DNA from: Planctomycetota bacterium
GTDB taxonomy: Bacteria > Planctomycetota > JAJSAM01 > JAJVHW01
Reading direction: 5' to 3'
Assembly (NCBI GenBank): GCA_965248445.1
Contig: CBDFJG010000004.1
Span: 960,001-1,024,000, forward strand
DNA: 64,000 nucleotides
The position numbers and the translations under genes were made by a program. How positions within the stretch are numbered: position 1 is the stretch's first letter; each line of letters begins with the position of its first letter. The notes beneath the pieces were generated by a model. That model made no database searches and had not been told where the DNA came from. It saw only the letters and a program-made list of their open reading frames with translations. Shown here one piece after another: positions 35,296 through 44,142 of this stretch.

Positions 35296-38082
35296 GTGAA
35301 GCAGGAACCGAAGTCGCACATTTGGCACGCTCGTGCCGCGGCCGTCGCTGCGCTCCTTTGCGCCAGCATCTTCGCATCCGCGACGCCCTCGCACGACGAG
35401 GTCCCCGTCGTCACGCCGCTCGCGACGCTCACCGGGGCCGGCACCGACGCGGGTGACGAGTTCGGCGTCGCCGTCGGCATCGACAGCGACACGGTCGTCG
35501 TGGGCGCGCATCTGCAGGACGCCGCCGAGGGCGCCGCGCATGTGTTCACGGGCGCGAGAGTGCGGTGGGCGCAACAAGGAGCAGCTCTCAAGGCCTCGGA
35601 CGCTGCCGCGGACGACGAGTTCGGCATCTCAGCGGCGGTCGACGGCAACACCCTGATCGTGGGCGCGGTCGGAGACGAGTCGCGCCGCGGAGCGGCCTAC
35701 GTGTTCACTCGAAGCGGCACGACATGGACCCAGCAGGCGAAGCTCACGGCATCGGATGGTGCGAGCGGCGATGAGTTCGGCGCCTCCGTTGCGATCTTCC
35801 GCGACGCGGTCGCCGTCGGGTCGCCCCTGCGCGACAGCGGCAGGGGTTCCGTCTACGTGTTCACACGCAGCGGCACCGTGTGGACGCAGCAGCCGCGTCT
35901 CGACGCCGGCGACATGGCCATCGACGACCTGCTCGGAGCGTCGGTCACACTCGACGACGACACGATCGTGGCGGGTGCGCCCGGCGAGACCGCCGGACAG
36001 GGAGCGGCATACGTCTTCACGCTGAGCGGGGGCGTATGGTCCCAGCAGAAGAAGCTCGTCGCGGCGGACGGCGCGGCGATCGACGGATTCGGCGTCTCGG
36101 TGGCTGTCGACGGCGAGACCGCCGCCGTCGGCGCCTCCCACGATGACGACGACGGAAGCGACTCGGGCGCGGCCTACGTCTTCACGCGGTCGGGCACGAC
36201 GTGGACGCAAGAGGCGAAGCAGACCGCATCCGATGCCGTGGCCGGCGACGACTTCGGCACGTCGGTCTCCCTGGAAGGCGATCGACTGGTGGTCGGAGCG
36301 CCCGGCGACGACTCGGCTCAGGGTGCGGCGTACCTCTTCGTGCGCAGCGGATCCACGTGGACAGAGCGCGTCCGGTACCAAGCCGTGCGCGGACGGGCCA
36401 ACAGCGCTCTCGTGGGGCACTCCGTCGCGCTCTCGGGTGAGACGGTCGTCGCCGGTGCGCTGGGCAGCTCTCTCCAGCCGGGCGCCGCATACGTGTTCGC
36501 GACGAACGCGCCCCCGACGTCCCACGCAGGAGACGACGCGGTCATCCTGTCCGCGAGTCAGTTGACGACCATGCTCACGGGCACCGGAGCCGACCCCGAC
36601 GGCGACCAACTGACCTGCCAGTGGCTCGACGAGTCGTTCCGTGAGATCGCGCGATCCGCCGCTCCTTCGACCGGCACGTGCACGCTCACGCTCGACCTGG
36701 CGACGCGGCCGACGCTCGACCCGGGGCCGCACACGTTCCGCTTCGCGGTCACCGACGTCAGCGCCACGATCCCGACGACCACGTACGACGAGGTCGTGGT
36801 GCGCATCGACGTACCTGCCGTCGTGAGCGCAGGCCCGGACATCGAGATACTCCGACGTGACGAAGACGCGACCACGTTGAACGGCACGGCGACCGATGCG
36901 GACGGGGACGGCTTGATCTGCCAGTGGGTCCTCGGCACCACGGTCGTCGCGGGGCCCAAGATCTCACTCGACGGAACCTGCAATCTCGCGCTCCCGCTCG
37001 CCACCCTGCCCGAGTCGATCACGCTCGGCGACGGCGACACCGAATTCACGTTCGAGGTAGAGGACCGGACCGCAACCATGAAGGACACGGTCAAGGTCAC
37101 GATTAGCGATCCGCCGCGCGCGGTGAACGGCTTCCTGCGCCTGCGCATGGTGAGAGTGGTGCAGCCGCGCCGCAAGCCGACGCAGACCAAGATCCGTGGC
37201 ACCCGCGTGCGCCTGGTGGTGCGCGGCGACCTCGACTTCGGCGCCGACCCCGCCTCCGTGGACCTCACGAAACGCAGCGCCCTCGAGTTCGGCAGCCGAC
37301 GGATCGAGCTTCCGCGCGGGCTCACGCGCAAGGGCCGCCGCTTCTGGCGCTTCGAAGGAGGCAGCTTTGAGAACGGCGAGATTGACCTGCGCATCTTCAC
37401 GCCGCGCCGGGGCGGGTCGAAGGGCCACATCATGCTGATCGTCGAGAACTGGCGCGACGCCTCGTTCTCCGCCGGTACCAACACGAGCGACTTCAAGCTC
37501 GCGTTCGAGCGGGGCACGTTCGTCGGTGCCGCATCGGCGAAGTTGCACGTCGTCAAGACGATCGGCCGCAGCGGCCTCACAGAGACTGCGACGTTCGAGG
37601 AGAAGTCGGATCTCGAGTACCGCGATGAACTGCACCCGACGTCGACGCCGCTGCTGGCGCTCCGTCGCTTTGTGGGGAGCTCCGACAGCGGCAGAACGGT
37701 GAGCGACTTCCGCCTGACTGCGGAGTTCGCGCCCGGCTCCAAGCCGGGAACTCCACCGGACGTGACGCTCCGCGCCGGCGTTGCGGGCAGTCCGGTGAAG
37801 TTCAAGATCGACGTCTCGAAGAACGCGTACGAGATCTCCACGACGGATCGCGGTTACCGCTACACGTTGATCGACTCGGCCGCGAGCGGCCTGCACGACC
37901 TCGACGTCGACTACACGACCGGCACCGTGCGCGCCCGCGTGCGCGATACCAGCATCGGCGACCCTGGCACGAGCCGGTGGGCGACGCTCTACGTCAGCGT
38001 CGGGATCGGAACCGTCGAGGACGGGGTCCAGGTTCGCGCTCGCGTGAAGAACGATTCCGGGAAGCGGCTGCTCTACAAGTAG
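35296..38082 (+). CDS. Secreted FG-GAP repeat beta-propeller protein with PKD/Ig-like domains and a basic C-terminal domain
   Basis: About six to seven D.FG.SVA..GD..VVGA...GAAYVF repeats; two AG.D...D.DGD.L.CQW units. Confidence 0.9.
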   Translation: MKQEPKSHIWHARAAAVAALLCASIFASATPSHDEVPVVTPLATLTGAGTDAGDEFGVAVGIDSDTVVVGAHLQDAAEGAAHVFTGARVRWAQQGAALKASDAAADDEFGISAAVDGNTLIVGAVGDESRRGAAYVFTRSGTTWTQQAKLTASDGASGDEFGASVAIFRDAVAVGSPLRDSGRGSVYVFTRSGTVWTQQPRLDAGDMAIDDLLGASVTLDDDTIVAGAPGETAGQGAAYVFTLSGGVWSQQKKLVAADGAAIDGFGVSVAVDGETAAVGASHDDDDGSDSGAAYVFTRSGTTWTQEAKQTASDAVAGDDFGTSVSLEGDRLVVGAPGDDSAQGAAYLFVRSGSTWTERVRYQAVRGRANSALVGHSVALSGETVVAGALGSSLQPGAAYVFATNAPPTSHAGDDAVILSASQLTTMLTGTGADPDGDQLTCQWLDESFREIARSAAPSTGTCTLTLDLATRPTLDPGPHTFRFAVTDVSATIPTTTYDEVVVRIDVPAVVSAGPDIEILRRDEDATTLNGTATDADGDGLICQWVLGTTVVAGPKISLDGTCNLALPLATLPESITLGDGDTEFTFEVEDRTATMKDTVKVTISDPPRAVNGFLRLRMVRVVQPRRKPTQTKIRGTRVRLVVRGDLDFGADPASVDLTKRSALEFGSRRIELPRGLTRKGRRFWRFEGGSFENGEIDLRIFTPRRGGSKGHIMLIVENWRDASFSAGTNTSDFKLAFERGTFVGAASAKLHVVKTIGRSGLTETATFEEKSDLEYRDELHPTSTPLLALRRFVGSSDSGRTVSDFRLTAEFAPGSKPGTPPDVTLRAGVAGSPVKFKIDVSKNAYEISTTDRGYRYTLIDSAASGLHDLDVDYTTGTVRARVRDTSIGDPGTSRWATLYVSVGIGTVEDGVQVRARVKNDSGKRLLYK

Positions 38083-38227
38083 ACAGAAGCAGTCTTCATA
38101 CGCGATGCGGAGCCACTCCGCTTGACACCCGTGCGTTGGGCACGGGACAGGCACGAGATCGAGCTTCGCGATCGCTTCGCGTTCTCAAGTTGAGAGAGAC
38201 GCGGAGCACACGGATGGGGGCTCGCTC

Positions 38228-41224
38228 ATGTCCACTGCTCACGAGAATTCGGTCACACGTCGCGCGGGCTGGCGCAGCCGGCACATCGCGCTGCTGCTGC
38301 TTGCCGGGTCGCTCTTCCCGGGCTGTCGGCAGGTCGAGCCGCCGCGCGTGATGACGCACGAGGACGTGGACGTCGCGATGCTCGCCGACCAGAGCGCGAA
38401 GGCAAGAGCCGCAGCGCAGCGCGCGGTAGAACAGCACGCAGCCGAAGAACGCGCTGCCACGCAGAAGAGGTCCGCTGACCTGTTCTTCGACAAGGACAGC
38501 TTGCGTGGCGGCGCCGCGAACCCAGAGGGGATCCGTCCCGAGGAGTCGGAGGCTACGGACGTGGCTGCGGACCGTGTGACTCAGTTGACGCGGGTCGAAC
38601 TGTCGTCGATCGACTACATCGCTCTCGACGGCGTCCTCACCGGCGAGCGTCCGGTGGCGTCGCCGGCCAAGGTCTCGCAGCCGCTGGCGAACCTCGATGG
38701 GGTGGACGCTGCGGAGTTCCTGTCCATTCTCGGCAAGCGACTCGGTGCGAAGGGATATCGCGCGGTGGAGCTGATCTCACCGGACGACGATGCCATCAGG
38801 TGGCGCTCGAGTGACAACAAGCTTCCGGTAGCCGTGTTCTGGCGCAGGACGCTCGGCCAGTCGCCGGCGACGTGGCTGCTCCGCGTGGGGATGACGGAGT
38901 ACGCCCGGCAGGGCAGGTACCTCGAGATCGACGGCGTGGTCCTGAACGCCGGCGCCGCCGGACCGAACACCGACATCGAGTTCGACGAGGCGGGGAAGCC
39001 CAAGCCCGGCTCGGTCGGCGAGATCGTGGCCGCGCTCGCGACTCAGTTCGACACGTACAAGTCGTCGCGAGGCTTCGTGCACCTGGCGCGGAAGACCATT
39101 CAGCTCAGCAACGCCGATGCGGAGCGTGCGATGCACCGGCTGGCCACGCTGGGGGTGACGACGGTCCAGGCAACCGCGCGCATCGTCACACCGCCGGCGG
39201 CCGGGCAAGCGCTCCCGTCCGAGATCATCACCTCACTGGGACCGACGGGGTTCGACGCGCGGAAGGTCCCCTACGTCGTGTGGCTGGCGGACCCGGGGAA
39301 GGCCGACACCGGCATCGTGGGAGGCGGCGCCGCAGGGGTCGCGACGCAGGGCGGTGACGCCGTCCCCACCACGGCCACACAGCTCTCGGAACGGTCCGGT
39401 TTCGCACGGATGACCGAACTCGTCGTGTTGTATGACAAGGACCAGCCGGAGCAGTTCAACGAGATCCGCAGGCTCGTGGACGAGTTCGTGGACAAGCCGG
39501 CTCGCCAAGCCCTGATCGAAGCGCTCGTGATCGAGATCAACGAGAACGGCCTCGAGGAACTCGGTGTCCAGTGGTCGGTGCGCAAGCGCCGCTCGGCTCT
39601 GGCCGAGCTCACGGCCGGGACGCTCGACGCCGAGGGCAGCGCCGACACCCTGACGATCGAGGGTACGGATGACGCCATCCAGGATCTGCTCACCGGCACC
39701 GTCGATTTGGACTGGAGGGTGAAGCTCCGGGCGCTCGTCGAGAACGGACACGCAGAGGTCCTGTCCCGCCCCAGCGTGCTCACGGTGAGCAACCGTCAGT
39801 CCACGATTCGCGTCGGAGAGAACATCCCCATCGCCACGTCGACGACGAATCCGGGCAGCGACGGAATCTCGGTCACGTTCACCTACCAGCCGGTCGGCAT
39901 CCTGCTGAACATCCGTCCCCGCATCACCGAGAAGGGCAATCATGTCAACATGATGGTCGATGCCGTCGTGTCGTCGGTGGTCGAGGGCGGGGACGTCGTG
40001 GTGCTCCAGTCCAACAGCATGGGCGAGGTGGCACGCGCGCCGCGGCTGGCTACCCGCCGGGTGCAGACGTACGCGCGGATCCCGAACAACACGCCGCTGA
40101 TCATCGGCGGCCTCGTGCAGAAGAAGGAGTCGACGGTTCGGGACAAGATCCCGATTCTCGGCGACATCCCGTTGATCGGTGCCGCGTTCCGTTCGGAACG
40201 CGTCTCGCAGGAGCGGAGCGAGGTCATCATCGTCCTCACGCCGTACGTCCTCCCCGAGGGGAACGTCGAACGCATGCTGCCCCGCGATCACGAGCGCATC
40301 GACACGGACAAAGCGAAGCTCTTCCGCTCTTCGTATCGCCTGCAGCACCAGGACGTCTACGACCTGGACTTCCTCTACGAGAACCCACGTCTCCAGGAAT
40401 ACAACACGCTCGCACAGGAGGCGATCGCCAAGAACTTCAAGCTCGCGACGCAGTACCCGTTCAGCGAGTTCGCGGGCGAGGTCCTGCCCGGCCAGGAGAT
40501 GCTCGCGACGCGGATGCTCTCCGGACTGCTCAAGCGGCGCGACGTCGTCGAGAAGCTGAACCCCGAGAACATCATCGTGGTCGACAACCCGTTGGAGGAG
40601 GAGGGGGGCTTCGGTACCAACTTCCTCGAGCGCCCCGGCGGACTCACACACGAGCTCTCCGAGTGGACGGTCGAGCGGCTCACGGACTTCTTCGAGCAGT
40701 ACCCCGAGAAGGCGATCCGCATCACGTTCACCGAGAATCCCGGCAAGGACGCCGGCGGCTGGAACAACCCCGCGAACTGGCTGCCGGACTTCGACGTCGA
40801 GACCGCCCCCGAGGAGATCGCTGGCGACCTTCGCAAACTCAAGCGTTACTGGCGAGAGCAACTGTGGGACCTGAACCAGACAGACGACGACGGTTGTCAG
40901 ATCTGGACGATCCTGCTCCGCAGCGAGGACGACGTCGAGGATTTGCACCTCGCACTCGCGCTCAAGCAACTCGTCAAGCTGAACGGTGGGCGGCGCCTCT
41001 TGCAAGAGCAGAGCTTCCAGGTCGGTTCAGCGCTCCTGATCCCCGACATCCGCGAGAACCACTACCACGTCATCGACGAGGAAGTGGCCCGCTACTTCTT
41101 CCACCGCACGCACTACTATTCCGCCGCGTTCCAGGAGATCGAGCTCAAGCTCATGGACCTGGACAAGGCCCTGCGCCAGCCCGAGGTCAAGGACACGCTC
41201 ACCCCTGCGCGCCGGTTGAAGTAG
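38228..41224 (+). CDS. Type II/III secretion secretin-domain protein with a long C-terminal extension
   Basis: QALIEALVIE, VLSRPSVLT, VGENIP, VGILLNIRPRI, IIGGLV, KIPILGDIPLIGAAF, IVLTP. Confidence 0.88.
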   Translation: MSTAHENSVTRRAGWRSRHIALLLLAGSLFPGCRQVEPPRVMTHEDVDVAMLADQSAKARAAAQRAVEQHAAEERAATQKRSADLFFDKDSLRGGAANPEGIRPEESEATDVAADRVTQLTRVELSSIDYIALDGVLTGERPVASPAKVSQPLANLDGVDAAEFLSILGKRLGAKGYRAVELISPDDDAIRWRSSDNKLPVAVFWRRTLGQSPATWLLRVGMTEYARQGRYLEIDGVVLNAGAAGPNTDIEFDEAGKPKPGSVGEIVAALATQFDTYKSSRGFVHLARKTIQLSNADAERAMHRLATLGVTTVQATARIVTPPAAGQALPSEIITSLGPTGFDARKVPYVVWLADPGKADTGIVGGGAAGVATQGGDAVPTTATQLSERSGFARMTELVVLYDKDQPEQFNEIRRLVDEFVDKPARQALIEALVIEINENGLEELGVQWSVRKRRSALAELTAGTLDAEGSADTLTIEGTDDAIQDLLTGTVDLDWRVKLRALVENGHAEVLSRPSVLTVSNRQSTIRVGENIPIATSTTNPGSDGISVTFTYQPVGILLNIRPRITEKGNHVNMMVDAVVSSVVEGGDVVVLQSNSMGEVARAPRLATRRVQTYARIPNNTPLIIGGLVQKKESTVRDKIPILGDIPLIGAAFRSERVSQERSEVIIVLTPYVLPEGNVERMLPRDHERIDTDKAKLFRSSYRLQHQDVYDLDFLYENPRLQEYNTLAQEAIAKNFKLATQYPFSEFAGEVLPGQEMLATRMLSGLLKRRDVVEKLNPENIIVVDNPLEEEGGFGTNFLERPGGLTHELSEWTVERLTDFFEQYPEKAIRITFTENPGKDAGGWNNPANWLPDFDVETAPEEIAGDLRKLKRYWREQLWDLNQTDDDGCQIWTILLRSEDDVEDLHLALALKQLVKLNGGRRLLQEQSFQVGSALLIPDIRENHYHVIDEEVARYFFHRTHYYSAAFQEIELKLMDLDKALRQPEVKDTLTPARRLK

Positions 41225-41384
41225 GCCACTCACCCTGCACCTGCAACCGCGACCGCACGCAGTTGGAGCGGAGCCCCGCTCCGCTCCAACTGCCGTACCC
41301 CGGCCACCCTGCCGATCCCCGCGAAGTGGCACCCCCGCCCCCCCCGGCCTACGCTGCGCCGATCGCCTCACCAGGCGACACGGC

Positions 41385-41461
41385 GTCCCCGTAGCTCAGC
41401 CGGATAGAGCGACGGTTTCCTAAACCGTAGGTCGCAGGTTCGAGTCCTGCCGGGGATGCCA
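41385..41461 (+). tRNA. tRNA-Arg (anticodon CCT)
   Basis: Cloverleaf with acceptor GTCCCCG/CGGGGAT, anticodon arm ACGGT-TTCCTAA-ACCGT, T-loop TTCGAGT, encoded CCA. Confidence 0.97.
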
Positions 41462-41546
41462 GACTCCGTCTGACCAGCCGGCCGGCCTCTCACCTGGCGG
41501 GTTGCCTTCGGCGCTACGCGCCTCGGCTGTCTCGCTGCGCTCGAGG

Positions 41547-41567
41547 CGAGTCCTGCCCGGGATGCCA
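41547..41567 (+). repeat. Duplicate of the tRNA-Arg 3' end (att-like)
   Basis: CGAGTCCTGCCCGGGATGCCA matches 41441-41461 at 20/21. Confidence 0.85.
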
Positions 41568-41645
41568 GCGCTGCGGGCGTCCCGATGCGATTGCGGGAAC
41601 TGCTTGCCGCCCCTGCCGTCCATGAGTGGAGGAGGTTGCTCGCTC

Positions 41646-42287
41646 ATGCGCCGTTCGAGACTCGCCAGACTGCTTCCGGTGTTACTCGCGCCCTGCATGT
41701 TGGTCGCGGCTGGTTGCGCGACGTCATCCTCCCGTGCGCCGCGGCTCGAGGAACGGGTCATCCGCTTCGACTCGCACGCTGATCTCGACGACTGGCACGT
41801 CACGGCGGGTGAGTGGACGGTCGATGGCGGGCGTCTGGTGGGGCGCAGCCTCGATCCCTCCGGAGGGGTGACGGACGAGTACGCGACGCATCGGACGTAC
41901 TGGGGCGAGATCGAGCGCGTGATCGTGCGAGGTGGTCTGGACGCCGGGTCACCAAACAACTTCCGGATGGCGGTGGGTGCCGCGGCCCAGCTCTTCAACT
42001 GGGAGCGAACCCCGGCGAGCTGGTTCGAGCTCGGGCACCACGACCAGCAAGTCAGCGGCGCCCTGATGACCCCCGGACAGGAGCACGAGATCGTGCTGGA
42101 GCAGATCGACGACCGCATCCGCATCGTCGTGGACGACCGCACGATCTGGGAGCACCGCGGCCGGATGCGAGGACCGCTGACGCTGCACCCGAGTTTCGGT
42201 AGCACTCTATGGGTGCGCGAGATCGTGATCCGTGGCCGGCCCGTGCCCTGGATCCAGGTCGACGGTCCCGACGTCCCGATCATGTGA
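41646..42287 (+). CDS. Lipoprotein with a ConA-like beta-sandwich (DUF1080-like)
   Basis: SD GGAGGAGG, lipobox AAGC, W....G.W.V.GG.L.G pattern. Confidence 0.65.
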   Translation: MRRSRLARLLPVLLAPCMLVAAGCATSSSRAPRLEERVIRFDSHADLDDWHVTAGEWTVDGGRLVGRSLDPSGGVTDEYATHRTYWGEIERVIVRGGLDAGSPNNFRMAVGAAAQLFNWERTPASWFELGHHDQQVSGALMTPGQEHEIVLEQIDDRIRIVVDDRTIWEHRGRMRGPLTLHPSFGSTLWVREIVIRGRPVPWIQVDGPDVPIM

Positions 42288-42463
42288 GCCCAGGCTGCGT
42301 TGCCGGGGTTGCCAGGCTTGCGGGGAGGCGCCTAGGGGCGGGCCGCTCTGAGATTGTGCGCTCCGCAGCGCGTCTTCCGCGTTCACTAGGACTCGGGATC
42401 GCACGTCTCGACGGTGTGGCCGATCCGAATCGCGTTCGTGGTCTGTCGCCGAGGGAGGCGCCG

Positions 42464-42685
42464 TTGGCAAAAAGAGGCGGAAAATTCAACTTCGCGAAGC
42501 GAGCGAAGGAACTGAAGAAGCAGAAGAAGCGGCAGGAGAAGCTCGAGCGCAAGCGCGCCGCGGCGGAGTCCGGCGTACCGGTCGAGGCCGAAATCGTCTC
42601 GCTCGACGATCTGCTCAATCCCCCGCCTCCGTCCGACGAGAAGACCACGACTCCCGACGACGCCGAGGACTCGAAACCGTCATAG
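42464..42685 (+). CDS. Small basic/acidic hypothetical protein
   Basis: SD GGGAGG plus TTG; F.KR.KE.K...KR.EK..R coiled-coil pattern. Confidence 0.75.
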   Translation: MAKRGGKFNFAKRAKELKKQKKRQEKLERKRAAAESGVPVEAEIVSLDDLLNPPPPSDEKTTTPDDAEDSKPS

Positions 42686-42711
42686 GCTGACAGGCGTCCC
42701 GTGGCCGATGG

Positions 42712-43299
42712 TCAAGACTGGTTCGCGTACCGCTTCGACCACGCGGTGCGCAGACGGCGGAGCACGGACGGGTAGACGAACCAGCGGCGGAACGGGTCGA
42801 TGACGCGCATGTACCACTTCGTCAATCGGCCTACCGGGCGGACGTAGATCGCCCAGTAGAGGTCGTAACCCGTTGCGCGTTCGTCGAGGGCGAAGACCGA
42901 GAACGCGTGCACGGTGGCGTTCTGGACCTCGGAGATCGCTTCGCGCGGCGTTGCGTGGAGCAAGAAGAACGGGCCGTCGCGTGTGCCGGGCGGGATCAGC
43001 GAGGCCGCCTGCTCCTGCAGCGTCAGTCGGTGCAGGTAGCTGTCGCGTTCCCCGTTGGGCGGCTCACGGTCCCAGCCGAACACTCGGCCGAGTGCACCGC
43101 GGATCGCGAAGAGCGCGCGCACGAACACGCTTGCGGTTGCGGTGGAATCCGACAGGACCAGCGCGCGCACGTCGGCGACGGTGCGGCCCGGCCCGCCACC
43201 GTCGAGAGCGACACGCCAGACGTCGTGCAGCGGTACATCCGCCAGCAGCGAGTGTGCGCGCAGCGGGAGTCGTGACAGATCGCTCGGTGAGGTGCGCAT
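42712..43299 (-). CDS. DUF2867-like protein
   Basis: LHDVW, LFAIR..LGRVFGWD, YM..I.PFR...VYP. Confidence 0.75.
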   Translation of the reverse strand: MRTSPSDLSRLPLRAHSLLADVPLHDVWRVALDGGGPGRTVADVRALVLSDSTATASVFVRALFAIRGALGRVFGWDREPPNGERDSYLHRLTLQEQAASLIPPGTRDGPFFLLHATPREAISEVQNATVHAFSVFALDERATGYDLYWAIYVRPVGRLTKWYMRVIDPFRRWFVYPSVLRRLRTAWSKRYANQS

Positions 43300-43371
43300 G
43301 GCCCCGGGTCCAGGAGTCGTTCCTCCATTGTAATGCGGAGGCGACCTGCTCTCTTCCCAGCGGGTGCCCGG

Positions 43372-44142
43372 TCAGTCCTTCGCAGTTGCCTGCGGCTTCT
43401 TCTTCTTGCCGAACATCTTGCGCGCGATCCACATCACCGGGTCGTAGTACCGGTCGACGACGCGCTCCTTGAGCGGGATGATCGCGTTGTCGGTGATGTT
43501 GATGTTCTCGGGGCACACCTCGGTGCAGCAGCGGGTGATGTTGCACATGCCGGAACCCATCTCGTCGCGGATGACGGGAATGCGGTCCGCGGTGTCGAGC
43601 GGGTTCATCTCGAGGCTTGCCAGGCGGACCATGAAGCGCGGTCCGATGAACTTGCTCTGTCCCTCGCGGTCGCGCAGCACGTGGCACACGTTCTGGCACA
43701 GGAAGCACTCGATGCACTTCCTGAACTCCTGCACCCGGTCCACGTCCTGTTGGTACATGCGGTGCTCGCCGTCCGCGTCGCGCGGCTTCGGCTGCAGCGC
43801 GGGGATGCGCTTGTTCTGCTCGTAGTTCCACGAGACGTCGCTGACCAGGTCCTTGACGACCGGGAACGTCTTCATCGGCTGGACCGTGATGGTCTCTTCC
43901 GGTCCGTAGATGTTCATGCGCGTCATGCACGCGAGCCGCGGACGTCCGTTGATCTCCATGCTGCAAGAGCCGCAGCGGCCGGCCTTGCAGTTCCAGCGGA
44001 CAGCCAGGTCACCGGCCGCCTGCGCCTGGATCTGCAGGACGGCGTCGAGCACGACCATGCCCTCCTCCACGTCGGTCGTGTGGGTGACGAAGTCGCCGCC
44101 GCTCGCGTCGCCGCGCCAGATCCGGAATGTGCGGTCAGCCAC
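43372..44142 (-). CDS. sdhB: Succinate dehydrogenase/fumarate reductase Fe-S subunit
   Basis: WNCKAGRCGSC, CIECFLCQNVC, CNITRCCTEVCP. Confidence 0.95.
   Translation of the reverse strand: MADRTFRIWRGDASGGDFVTHTTDVEEGMVVLDAVLQIQAQAAGDLAVRWNCKAGRCGSCSMEINGRPRLACMTRMNIYGPEETITVQPMKTFPVVKDLVSDVSWNYEQNKRIPALQPKPRDADGEHRMYQQDVDRVQEFRKCIECFLCQNVCHVLRDREGQSKFIGPRFMVRLASLEMNPLDTADRIPVIRDEMGSGMCNITRCCTEVCPENINITDNAIIPLKERVVDRYYDPVMWIARKMFGKKKKPQATAKD

Noticed and set aside
35440..36500. Repeated DNA units as a CRISPR array
   Set aside because: They are degenerate in-frame FG-GAP coding repeats; there are no identical repeats with unique spacers and no cas genes in the window.
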